A stretch of DNA of 52,456 bases, counting the filler, from Jimgerdemannia flammicorona (lineage: Eukaryota): NCBI GenBank assembly GCA_003990765.1. It is 2 parts of 2 records of this genome, joined end to end, with 100 filler letters (N's around TTAATTAATTAA, not from the genome) between each part and the next. Parts side by side here need not be neighbours in the genome. Positions count along the whole stretch, not along the records: positions 26,286 to 52,456 come from RBNJ01000753.1; 1 more part is not named here. One strand, given 5' to 3'. Of this stretch, positions 26,286-39,054 are shown one piece after another. The notes under the pieces are model-generated. The model was not told the origin of the DNA, searched no databases, and saw nothing but the letters and a program-made list of their open reading frames with translations. Every line of letters starts with the position of its first letter. Within the stretch, counting starts at the first letter, position 1. Made by a program: the position numbers and the translations under genes.

Positions 26286-29200
26286 TTTCGTCGACACCCC
26301 AGCCAGTCTTGTAAAGCAATACGATCTCGCTTTGTGCTTGTTTGTGTCCGGCCTCGGCGGCCTTTAGGAGCAACTCAAACGCCTTGCCAAAATCTTGTTC
26401 AACTCCGCACCCCCCTTGATAACATGCAGAAAGTGCAAACTGCGCCTCCAAATGTCCGTTGTTCGCAGCCTTAGTGCACCACTTAATTTGCTTTGCTAGA
26501 TCATTTGCAACACCAAATCCTACTCCGTAGCACAGTGCAGTGTAAAATTGAATTTCTGCATCGTTGGGTAGAGTAGCCTCAACGTTATCAAACCGGTGGT
26601 TGAGGAAGTCGTGTAGGCGTGGATGCAGGCTATAAAACTCGGTTTCATTCGAGATAACGTTGGGGCGCCAGTCACCGAGCATTGGGTTGACCTCGTATTT
26701 TCGTCGGTTTAGCCAGCTTCTTTGCCAAAGTTTGTGCAAATTGGTTGCCACAGGCGATGTAGCAGGGTCATGGTTCAAAGTCCTGATGACGAGGGTTGAT
26801 GTAAATGGAACATTCCATTCCCTCAACTGACCCAGGAACATTTGAAGTGCATCGTCCAAATAATCGAAGCTGTACTTGATGCAAGCGTCTATCGTTTCGT
26901 GACGCTCACAAATGAATTCCTCATTCGCAGCAGCGCTAAGTCGTTCACGGACCTTGTTGACAAATTGTTCGATGGGTTCTTTGCTGTTGTCGAACATACC
27001 TCCAAGAAGCCGAAGCGACAATGGGTGACCCTCAGTTACACGACTAAGATCAATTCCATTTTGGTCATTTGTATCTCCCACTTCTGAGCGCTGAGGAATC
27101 CACTGTTGAAAAAGTAGCATGCCTTCGCGTGGCTCTAACCCAGCCAGATCGAACAAACGTTCTTTTGGCCAACCTAACGCGACTCTCGAGGTTGCGAGAA
27201 TTTTAACATTGGCTGATAATCCCTTGAAAAAATTTATCAATGTCCTTGCTTCCTCTTTCACACCAGGTTCCCTACTTTCCATTCCTACTTTGACATCTTC
27301 CATGTTGTCGAGATAGAGCAAAATTTTCTCTTCACGTTCCAAATTTTGACGGACTTGAGATTGCTGGTCTTGATCGGTTAGGTCCTTGGTGTTGATAGCG
27401 AGAAACTCTGCAATCTTCAGGATCACTTGGCTGGATCTTGGAGCCCCAGCAAGAGAGAGCGCAAGAGCACTGCCAGAGTTGTATTGATTGAAAGCCTGAA
27501 GTGCCAATGATGTTTTGCCTATCCCGCCGAATCCTTTGATGGTGATATAGCGTTCAGGGCCTTCAAGAAGTTTCATCAAATTTTTGAGTTCGCTTGTGCG
27601 CCCAATGAAAGATCCTTCCATGCCAACATTGTCATTACGTTTACGATAAGCCATCACAAATTTGCTCCCAAGGTTATTATTTTCATTTGATGCTGTAGGT
27701 GGATTGAAAGCAGCTAGGTCAGTCAGAAAGTACGATTGATCGCATCTGTTCACTATTTAAAACAGAAAATTTCCTTCACCTGAGTTCACATTCGGGTGCA
27801 CAATCCCTATCAGAATAGTATATATATTGGATAATTATTTGGATCGGGAAAACAACAATAAAATGTATTTTTTATGCAATGGCAGGTTATGAAATTTTAA
27901 ACCTACCACAAGGAGCCTCTGTTCTAATTATCCAGTGCGACTTCTCCAGACTAGTTCGAAGGATTTCCGCGGCTTTCTTCGTCGGAACTGAAGCAGCCCT
28001 TGATCGTTCAACAAACTTGTCATCGGTATGGTTCAAGCAAAGAATAAAAGCCATTCGTTTCTCTTGAACAAGTGGTATAATTTGCTCTTTGCAAAATCGA
28101 ACGAGGCTGTCATGGCCGCATTCAGAGATGTTGTATATGAACACCACCAACCGACTATATAATGCATCTTCCCGTGGTACGACTTTGGCTAGGCTGTCAC
28201 CGTCGATACTGTCATCGTCGGTACTGTCACCGTCGATACTGTCATCGTCGATACTGTCATCGTCGATACGGTCCCCGTCGATACTGTCATCGTCGAAACT
28301 TTCACCGTCGATGCTGTCGCTGGCCATGCCATCAATTTTGAAAATTCGAAGTCCTTCATTTCCGATGGAGTAGTAGTGTATGCCAAAACCCCTGGTCTTC
28401 AGTACCCTATGAGCGTTGGCTTGAATTCTTCGGAGTTGCCATCCCAACACCATGGAATTCACTGTGATGATGGACAATAGATTTAGAACAAGTGGATAGG
28501 AGACAAACGAATGATCTTGCTCCAGTATATTACTCACCATGTTGAGATGGTCCGACCACACCAATTACAAATGTGTCATTAATCAAACCTGGGATAGGCA
28601 AGTGCAGGCGGAATTTCCACAGGGAGTTACAGAGCCTGGCGCCTTCCCTAAGTGCGAATTGCATACTGTATTCCTCATTTCGATTGGACAGTAACCCGCG
28701 ACGGTAAAGTTGTTGAAGGTTCTTCGTGATCGTCGCTCTAGAATCGATCCCATTTTTGGATCCATCGACGCACTCAACAAAATGACGAACAAATTCTAGC
28801 ACTTCTTCTGTGATTGGTCCGATGAAGAGAGAACACATAAATATAAATTGGCACTCCAAAGGTAGAAGTGTTTCGATCGTTGATCGGAAATGACTGCCGA
28901 GTTTTGTACTCAAAACCGAGTCATTCGCCAGCATTATACTGTAGTGTTCTTGGATGAGTTCCTGAAGCGACGTATCAGAATGTTGTGGTAGGCAAACCGT
29001 TCGGGCAAGGGATTTCAGAGACAGCGGATGTCCGTCTAGGAGCCTGATGAGGTCGCGCAATAACTGAGCTGTATTTTCCTCCTTCTCCATCCTCCTCCTT
29101 ACTTCAGAGTCGAGATTTCGAATAAACATCTCGGCGCCACTCTCAATATCAAAATCAGTTAAACCGTTGAGATGCATCACTTCCTCCTGTGCTGTCCAGT

Positions 29201-30873
29201 TCAAACGTTGATTCGACGTTGCAAGAATTCTTACTGCAAGATCAGGTACCGATACTACCTTCCGAAGCCAGTTCACCAAGGCCACAGCGTCGCCATCGCC
29301 CATGGCTTGTGCATGCTTCAATATATCAGCTTGATCGAGAATAAGCAAACTCGTCGGACGGGACTCGAATTTCTTGATAAGGACCCGCTCCAACATGTTC
29401 AAGTCACCAGTCAGGGCTTCCTGGAATATGACCTGACCCAGGTGCTGCAAATAGTCAATAACCGATATTGGGTGCAAAGGATCGAAACGCCAAACAAAAA
29501 TTCCACCAGGGAAGAGATGCGCCGTCCGTCTGACCACCTTCTCAGCCAACGCCGTCTTTCCCTGGCCGACGATGCCTTCAATGGTACATATTTGATGAGA
29601 CTGCTTGCTATGATGCACCATACGTCGTAGAATAGAGTGCAATTCGACAAGCTCTTTTTTGCGTCCACAAAAAGTGGAAGTTGTGGGGATTGCATCGAAG
29701 TTGTGGAGGGGCATATGGAGTTCCACCGTTGGCGAACCTTCCTCACATTTGAATGCGCCGTAATATTCACAAGACATAGACGAATAAAGAACCATGGCAC
29801 CGGGGAGATAGTATTTTTGTCGGATGTCTTTGTGATCATGCAGAAATTCACGCGCCCTCCACATCGCCATCTCTACTGTGAAACCACCGGCGAGGAACTT
29901 GTAGAAATTGGATTCGAACTTGCGGGCAAGGTCGTCTGGTATGGTACAATGTGAGCCAATGCTGTATGGAACACCATACTGGACCAAGACACGTGCGATG
30001 TCGCGGGTTTTGCAAGCCGACAGGAACGCAATTCGCAAGTTTTTGGATACACAAGTGAGGAGAGATGTGTCAACGAATTCGTGTTCGCCAGTCTCCGTTT
30101 CGAATATTAGGCATCTTGCACCCCGCTTCGATGACCCGCAATGTCCCATGAAATGAAGCACTGTGGCTGTTTTGGACTCGTTCAAGAGCAATGCGTTCAT
30201 ACGATCGACAGTAGGCGGATACACGCGCTCCAATAATACTTTTTTGGTGTTGGTGTGAAATTCGTTAACAAAGTTCTGGAACTGCTCACTCAAATGCAAA
30301 GCTGGAAGGTTTGTATTGGGATCATCAGGCAGGATGATGGGGTCTGGTACAACGGCCACAATGCGGAGCGGAAGTTTGTCCATCTGAGGCGATTCCTCCT
30401 TGCTCGTGCGCATGAACTTGCGTGTAAATGGGCGCTCGTGGACAAGGTATTTGTCACCAGAAGACACATATGCATATTCCCAGGGGATGTCGTCAAGGTC
30501 TTTGTTTTCGTTGAGCTCGAGCTGGACTGCGCACGGCGGTGGTTTCCGAATTAGCCGCTCGGCGGGAGAATCGTTTTGGAAGAGGGCGTTGAACAATCTG
30601 AGTCGTTATTTTGATAGGAATTCAAAAGTATAAGTTAGGCTGGCATTTGCCATATTTTTCGAAGTGGTTGTATTTTTCAACTTACTTTATGCCATATCTC
30701 AAGAGCAGGTTGCGCTTAGGTTCCGTGTCAAAGACCTCTATGGCAACATCTTTGCCCTCAACATCTTCTAAGAAGAAGGAATGGCTGTATTCGAGTTTTG
30801 AATTGTTTTGAAAAGAAACTAGGACCCAGACTTCACCAGTGTTATCGGTATCTTTCAACAATGATACTCGCAT
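26286..30873 (-). CDS. Multi-exon NLR-like STAND protein: CHAT (caspase-like) protease - NB-ARC - wHTH - degenerate Ras-like GTPase - NB-ARC - Sel1 repeats; 3'-incomplete, at least ~1,400 aa
   Basis: Predicted exons 30873-30686, 30597-28538, 28461-27907, (27806-27780) and 27692-<26286. Introns of 88, 76, 100 and 87 nt have donors GTAAGT, GTGAGT, GTAGGT and GTGAAG and CAG/TAG acceptors, and all preserve frame. CHAT: IPWEY, HFMGHCG, FLSACKT. NB-ARC1: FCGRKKEL, GIVGQGKT, LLILDQAD, ILATS, GHPLSL. NB-ARC2: FIGRTSEL, GFGGIGKT, LLYLDNME, ILATSR, GHPLSL. At least 2.5 Sel1 repeats (AQFALSACYQGGCGVEQDFGKAFELLLKAAEAGH). The join across 27906-27693 is less certain than the first two introns. Confidence 0.8.
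28193..28320 (-). repeat. Coding 15-nt tandem repeat (~8 copies, DSID(G/D))
   Basis: Read directly; in frame within the GTPase-like domain. Confidence 0.9.
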
Positions 30874-31829
30874 GTTTCGTTGTAGTCAATCTTTGTTGAT
30901 TGTCGTCAAGCAAAGACATCACGTGCGAATATATGAATTTGATGACCGACCAACACGAAACCACAACGTCCCTCCCAGACGATCTCTTCGTCCCCTCCTA
31001 CCATATATTCCCTAGTCCTGCCAATCCAATCACCGGCCGTCCCATGTTCGCATGTCAAGATCGTCTTGCCTCAACCCTACTCCAGGCTAGCTGCCAGATA
31101 CCACTGCTCCCACCATTGTCTTCCTTTCGAGTCGGCTTTCATATAATTTACACGTTGTGCCCCAATAACAAACAGCACAACTTTTCCAGCCCGCATAAAG
31201 ACTCGTTCTCACACACACACCTCCCTGCATCCAGCGACACCATTCCTTCAGCAGCCGGCTGCTTGGCGTCATCCAGTCCAGATGGACATTCGACCTCAGA
31301 CGCGCCGGCGACCTTGCATCATCGCCGAGTTCTTTTCGATAATTGACACACTGGAATCGGGAGGGGAGAGAGAGACAATGGTTTGCGCTGGCGAAATGTG
31401 CATCCAGTTTTTTGAAGCCCGAAAGAACGTTTTGTGGGAACCCGAACTTCGTGTGAGCCAGCGAAGGAGAGAGAGGGGGTGGAGGTGGTTGAGGTGGTGG
31501 GGGGAGGAAGGCAGAGAGGAAGGACAAGAAATAGTGGTATATATTGTGAGCATATAGTATTTTGCTATGTGTTGCAGAACGCGACCTTATATCTATTATA
31601 TTCTCATCAATACTCCTGACTGTATACGGCAACGACACAATTTGGAAGTTGAGACTTCATGGTTTTTTTCATGACAGTAGATTGTACGATTTTAGTTCAT
31701 GTGAGACTCAGTATTTTTTTGGCCCCCCTCTTTCTTCTGAATGACCATACAACTAAGGAGTTTTTTTAATAAGAATAAAGCTATACATAGTTTTTTTTTT
31801 TAATCTAACAAATATTAGTTATAAAACTC

Positions 31830-32759
<930 letters not shown>

Positions 32760-32760
<1 letters not shown>

Positions 32761-33420
32761 AACAAATTTTATTATTCTATATATAATAATATTTTAATAT
32801 ATTATTATTTTTAATTTTATTATAATATTTTATAAAAAATAAGATCAATAAAATTAATTTATTTTATAACTTATAAGTTTAATAATATAACTTTTTTAAC
32901 TACTATAAGTATAAAAGTCAATTTTATTTAATTATTTAAAATTTTAATAATATTTAAATATATTATAAAATATAATTCAAATTAAAGAATATATATTTTA
33001 TCTCTAAAGTATAAATTTAACTTTTAATATATATAATATAATATTATATTATAGTTGAAAGTTATTAATTAAAATTATTTATAATTTTAAATTTTATAAT
33101 TTTAAGATAAATAACAAATAACTATTATTAAAATTAAATTAAAATGTTAAAATAATATAAAAAAAAATTATTACTATAATATAGATACTATATATTAAGA
33201 ATAAGTTATATAATTTCTATAGAATATAAAATTAACTTAAGAATAACTTAGATAAGTTTAAATAGATTATTAAAGATTAATTTAACATTAATATAAATAG
33301 GGTTAAAATAATATAATTAATATATTTAAATTTAAATAATTAACTAAAACAATAGTTTAAAATATATTTATTAAAATATTACTCTTTTTCTCTATAATAA
33401 TATAATAGATATATATATAC
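32760..33420. repeat. Extremely AT-rich low-complexity tract (end-stage decayed repeat)
   Basis: Very few G/C; it grades out of the mutated LINE remnant on its left. Confidence 0.7.
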
Positions 33421-34999
33421 TAATAAAAGTATGATAGATTTCATGATCTTAAATACTTAATCTTCTTTAACTTTTTGGAGTCAGTATCTTTCTCTAAGAT
33501 AATTTATATTATATAAATATCTTTCAATACTTTTGATATAATTTTTAGAGAAAAAGTATTAGTAATATAATAATACATAAGAGTTCTGATAGATATGCTT
33601 GATCTGATAGACCTAGGGCCTTTGGTTGACAATATATTAGAAAGAACTATAATATAGAAATGGGTTTTTTTAGTAATAAGAGTAGATAGATTAGATGTAG
33701 TAGAAGTTAGCTACTAAGTATAAATAGTAGAGAGCTGAGACTATTGAGCTTTACTAATAAGATATAAGTAGAGCATTGGTCTGAGAGTACTCAGAATAGT
33801 AAGTCAGAGAAGAGAGAAAAGATAAGTACTAAGAGGACTAAAGAATTAATATCTAATAAAATAGATATAGAGACTAGTAGAGCTATTAGTATGAGTGAGA
33901 ATATGACTAATAATAGTATAAAAGAAATCTGAGAAGTAATGGTGAGTATAAAACTAAGAAGACAGAATATACTAGGAAAAGAAATCTAATAAATAGTATA
34001 ATGAGGCTAGTAGTAACTTTATTACTTAAGAAATTAATCTCTGAATTTATTATTAATTTATACTTCTGAGAGCTAACTATAATAGTCAAGATAGTTTGGA
34101 AACTAAATATAAGCCAGATAGCTAGAGTAGTCTCAGTAAATTTCTATAAGAGAGAATTAAGATAAAGGTTAATTAGAGAAGTAGTAATATTAATAGCTCA
34201 TATCTGAGATGAGATCTGAGAATATGTAGTTTAGTTCTTGTAAAATAAATATCTATAGTAATGGCTATTGAGATAAAGTAGAAAGTAATAGAGACTATAT
34301 TAAAGTATAATAATAGTAAATATTAGATTTTAGGTCTGAGAGAAGATCTCATCAAGATAGAAAATATATACAGATATTCAGTTTTAGCTTATTGAGAGAG
34401 TAACTATTGAGAAGACTAGAGACTAGTCTTTAGTTTTGATATAAGATACTTTAGTAATAAGATAATAAGAATAAAAAGAAGTAAGAAGAAGAAGAAGGAT
34501 CTATTAAAGATCCTAAGTATAGCAGTAATAGTATATATATGTATATGTATAATATTAATATACAAAGAGATAGTAAATAGTAAATAGATTTATATAAATA
34601 AAATAATATAAGAGAAGGTCTAGAAGAAGAATAAACAGAGAGATCTATTGATAGATATGAAGAAAATATCTACAACTAGAGCTAAAGAGGGCTTAAAAGA
34701 AGTAAAGATAAATATTTGAGCTAGAAATAGAGTAGAGGAATAGAGAGAGTATGTAGTGGAATGCAGAAAATTATGGAGCCAGCAGCTCTATAACAATTGT
34801 ATACTTGTGATCTAAAAAGAGAAGAAGAAGAGATAAGAGCTGAGCTCAGGACAAAAAGATTATAGAGAATTTAAAGATAGGAGATATGTACAAAGTCCTG
34901 TTTAGAGTATCAGATATAGCAAAAGAAGAATAGATAGTCAAAATAGAAGAGAATGAGCTCATCACCTTTCTCAGCTACTATTCAGATTATATACACTTT

Positions 35000-37900
35000 C
35001 ACAACATACTTCCAATATATTAATTAGAGAAAGATACTAAGGTTAGAGTAACTAATAAGCAAGCTGATATATGTACCAGATTAGGTAGACCTGGAGCCTT
35101 CAACTGGCAAACTATTGGATGAGAGTATAGATAAGAGATAGGGTCCTTTAGTGGTCTGAGTGGGTAAGGCAGTTTGGGCAACAGTAGCAGTACTAGAGAA
35201 GAGACAGGAGAGTAGAGAGAGAGGAACTTTGCTGATATACTAAAGGCTGAGAGATGGCCTGTGGGATCTCATAGCAGGTATGCAGAGAGGAAGGGAAAAG
35301 CAGAGAGAAGGAGAAGCAAAAGATATAGCATCTCAGCCAGGAGGAGAAAGGGCTGGTGATCTAGTAGTTAAGAGTAGAGAGGGGATTGCTGATGGTAGTA
35401 TAACTGAGAATCTGGCAAAAATCCAGATGTAGTTGCTGATGAGAGAGCTGGATTAATAGAACCAAAAAGGAAGAAAGATCTGCTAATGGTGTAATAGGGC
35501 TGGTGGTGGAACCATTACTCAAGAAGTTGATCTTGGAGTTTATGGCAACCTTGTGCTTCTGGAGCTTAGTAGTAATGGTGAGAATGGTTTTGGAGATTAT
35601 CTCAAAGTAGGTAGCTGGAGCTACCTCAGTAAAGTTTCTGAAGAGATTGTAGGAGGTTGAAGTATGGTTTGAGAAGACAGACCCATTAGAGGAAGTATTG
35701 AAATCTGGAGTAGCTGTTAGAGAGGTAGTAGTCCCTTATAGTATAGTTTTTGAGAAAGGACCCCAGAGTAGTTCAGTTACTAGTAAAGGTGATATCTATA
35801 GTAATAAAGATTGAGACAAAGAGGAGGGTAGAGGAGGTGATGGCAGAGTAGAGCAATATAGTTGATATCAGTTTCCAGATATAAAAGGGGACTACTTTCA
35901 GGATAAGAGATATAGATGTCAAGATTAGACTGACTGAGAGAGAGGCCACAGAGAAGACAAGTTACTAGCTTTTGCAAATGATGTAGTGGGCTTTTATCTG
36001 TAAGGTGTCAAGGATGAAAGAGAGTGAAGAGGAGGAGGAGGACTTGTTGGAGGCTTTGGAGCAGATAAGTAGAGTAGTAGAGCAGAGGGCAAAGGCCTGA
36101 AAGTTGTATGTAGAGTTGATACATTTAGAGAATATGGATGGAAAGCTTATTCACACTAATAAGAGGTAGTAAGAGAGAGCTCAAGAATATAAGAAGTAGA
36201 GAAAGTTACTTACAAGTATAGAAGGAGGTATAAAGAAGAATACTAGAGGTACTGAGAAGTCTAGAGATATAAAGATGAGTATCTGGCCTAGTAAGAGAGA
36301 AGAGGATACAGAGGAGGATCTGGATGGGACTGGGAAGGTGCCATATAAGGACTCATTTGCAGATAGTATGTTTGAAGTCTGGGAACCAGTCTTAGAAGAT
36401 ACCCCCTCTCTGGTCCTGCTGTGAGGGACCAGGTGGCAGAGGATGAGTTAATGTAGAGTGCTCAGCAAGTATACTTTGGAGTTCCTAATATAGCAAAAGG
36501 AAGACAGATAGTAGTGGTTAGCAAGGATGAGCTGATGGATATCCCAGAGGAGAGATGGGATGAGACTACAAGTATAGGAGCAAATACCATAATACTGGAT
36601 TTAAGAAGACCAGAGACACTAAGAGGAAAGGATATGGGAAATCTACTATGAATGAGCCAGATGGTGAATAACTTTATAGCTGAAGAGTTGGGAGAAGTAG
36701 ACCTGAGAGTGATGAGTGAGAAGTATTGTGTACAGATCCTATGTAGAGATGGGGTAGTGGAGGCACTGAAGGCAGAGGTACTTGCAATTTTCCTAGAAGA
36801 GGAGGGATATAAGATTGATAAGGAGAGAGAGGCTGAGCTGGCAGTTGTTGCTGGTGAGCAGGCTGCCTACTATTGGGCAGAATATCATGGTTTGCAACTC
36901 TGGTAAGAGGTATACCTGAAGTATTATAAGAACTTTGAGAAAAAAGAGGATGGGGAGATAGCTGAGCTTCTGGTTGGACTGGAGACAAAGTTGGCTGAAG
37001 AGGAGAAATTGGTTGCTGAATATAACTTAAACTTGATACAGAAGGAGATGAATGTAGATTTATATAGGATGAGCTTGATAATTAATATTATTTCTTATAA
37101 ACAGTATAACTAATATTTTCTCTCTGAATGTGAATGAGTTATGTGGAGATCTGAGCAGTATAAGAACATTTTTACTTGGCTTAAGAGATTGGATGCTGAT
37201 CTCTTTCTACTATAGGATATATAGTATGAAGATAAAGAGGATTAGATAGAGTTGACTAGACAATATAGAGGACTATAACTTGAATTAGCAAAGTGGCAAT
37301 TCTGATACAGAGGGGTAAAGGATATTTAGGTGGAATCAGGAGCTGTGGTAACCATTTGATATGGAGAGAATGACATTGACCTGGGTAGGAGCCAGTGAGA
37401 GATAGCTCTTACTACTACTTTATAGCTAGGGGTGAGTAGATTTTGTAGATTGGGGATCTTTTGGAGGAGAGTATTCTCTTGTAGGAGAGAGTAGATGTTC
37501 TGGGAAGTAACTTTAATATAGTGCAGAATCTTCAGTGAGATAGAACAGATGGAGAGAGGGGTACAGATGGGAGAAGTAGTGATCTAGATACATGAGAGAA
37601 GATAGAGAACCTTAGCTCTTTAGGGGATATAGGCAGAATATGGAGGAGAGAAAAAGGATCTATATATACTGGATGAATAGAAGAGGTATGAGGATTGACT
37701 GGATTCTGACAGCTGAATGCTGGAGTGTGGATATTTAGAAGACTCTAGAGGTAAAGTGGTGCCTGTGGTCAGATTACTGGGGACTATTAGTGTAGGAGTA
37801 GTTTGGGGAGAGTGAAGATTGACCCAGACATTAGTACCTTAATACCTCTCTGCTGACTGAGAAGATATTGTTGGATCTATGAGTAGAGGATATCCAAGTG

Positions 37901-39054
37901 AAGATTACTAGCTGAATACATAAGGGATCACTAGTGAGTGTCTGTTGAATATAGTTAAAAGAGACTATAAGGGTTTACTGAGAGGAGCTGGTAGGGATAC
38001 TAGGAGACAGAGAAGAAAAAGAGTAAGATACATATGGTTCAAATTAGTTATTAGATTATAGATAGAATAGGTAGATTTGATAACTTCTGAAGAGGTGGAT
38101 GATTGGAGGTTAGAGTGAGCAAAATTAGAGATGGTGGAGCTACAACAGATACTAAAAGATGAGGAAAAGATACATATGAAAGAAATGGCAGCCAAGCTGA
38201 GGTAGCAGAGGATTGAGGAGGGGGAGAGGCCAACTAGGTACTTATCAAGGCTCCTCTAGGCCAAAAGGGTGTGACATCAATGGCAAGAGATCCTTGATGT
38301 AAAGGGAGAAATAGTGTATGGAATATAACAGATCTTAGAGATATTGAAGAGGAGATGGATGGAGGAGTTTGTAGAGTAAGAAAGAAGAGAGTGCTGATGA
38401 AGAGGTGATTGGAGACATATTGGACAATTTGGAACTGCTGCAAGGAGAGAGTCTTAGAGACTTGATCCTACCAGTCCAAGAGGAGGAGATCTAGAGAGTT
38501 CTTGTGACAACTAAGCTTGAGACAGCACTAGGAGAGAATGGGTTATCTTGAGATATTTGAAAGAAGATAGTGAAGGTCTCTAGAGTATTAGGAGAGATGG
38601 CAGCCCTCTGTGACCTTATTCTTCTGATGGTGAGTAGGTATGAGAGCAGAACTTAGGGCTGGTGGTTTTGTTGTCAAAGATAAGGAGAAGAGGAAGAACT
38701 AGAAGAACTGGAGACCAATCATACTTCTGGATATAGATAGAAAGATGGTGATTAAGATTATTTTCATAAGACTACAGAAGATTACCTAACAGGTGCTAGA
38801 TAAGGAGCAGTAGAGCTTTGTGAGAGACAGGCTTATTAGATATAGGACAGACTGGATTTATAGTATTGTTGGAGAGGTATAGAATTGTGGATTGGATGGA
38901 AGACTGGTCTTTTTGGACCAGGAGAAGACCTATGATCATGTTTAGCAGATATGGCTGGGTAAGGTGCTGGATTGAATTAATATTCTCTCATAATTTCAAG
39001 CTTCTATATTGAATCTGTTGTAGGACAGTAGGGTGGTACTGTTGTGTAATAGTC
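35000..39054 (+). mobile_element. Decayed L1/Tx1-like LINE (ORF1 region, APE, N-half of RT), cut off mid-RT
   Basis: APE remnants DADLFLL* (~37192) and VLGSNFNIV (~37497). RT remnants GEMAALCDLIL, NWRPIILLDIDRK and FLDQEKTYD are homologous to 17058-17669. The sequence stops before the QGDPLSP motif, at the first TTAGGG tract. The left boundary is approximate. Confidence 0.8.

Noticed and set aside
30900..31640. ORFs upstream of the CHAT gene as a possible gasdermin/substrate partner
   Set aside because: Low-complexity overlapping ORFs with no recognisable motif; more likely promoter/UTR sequence.
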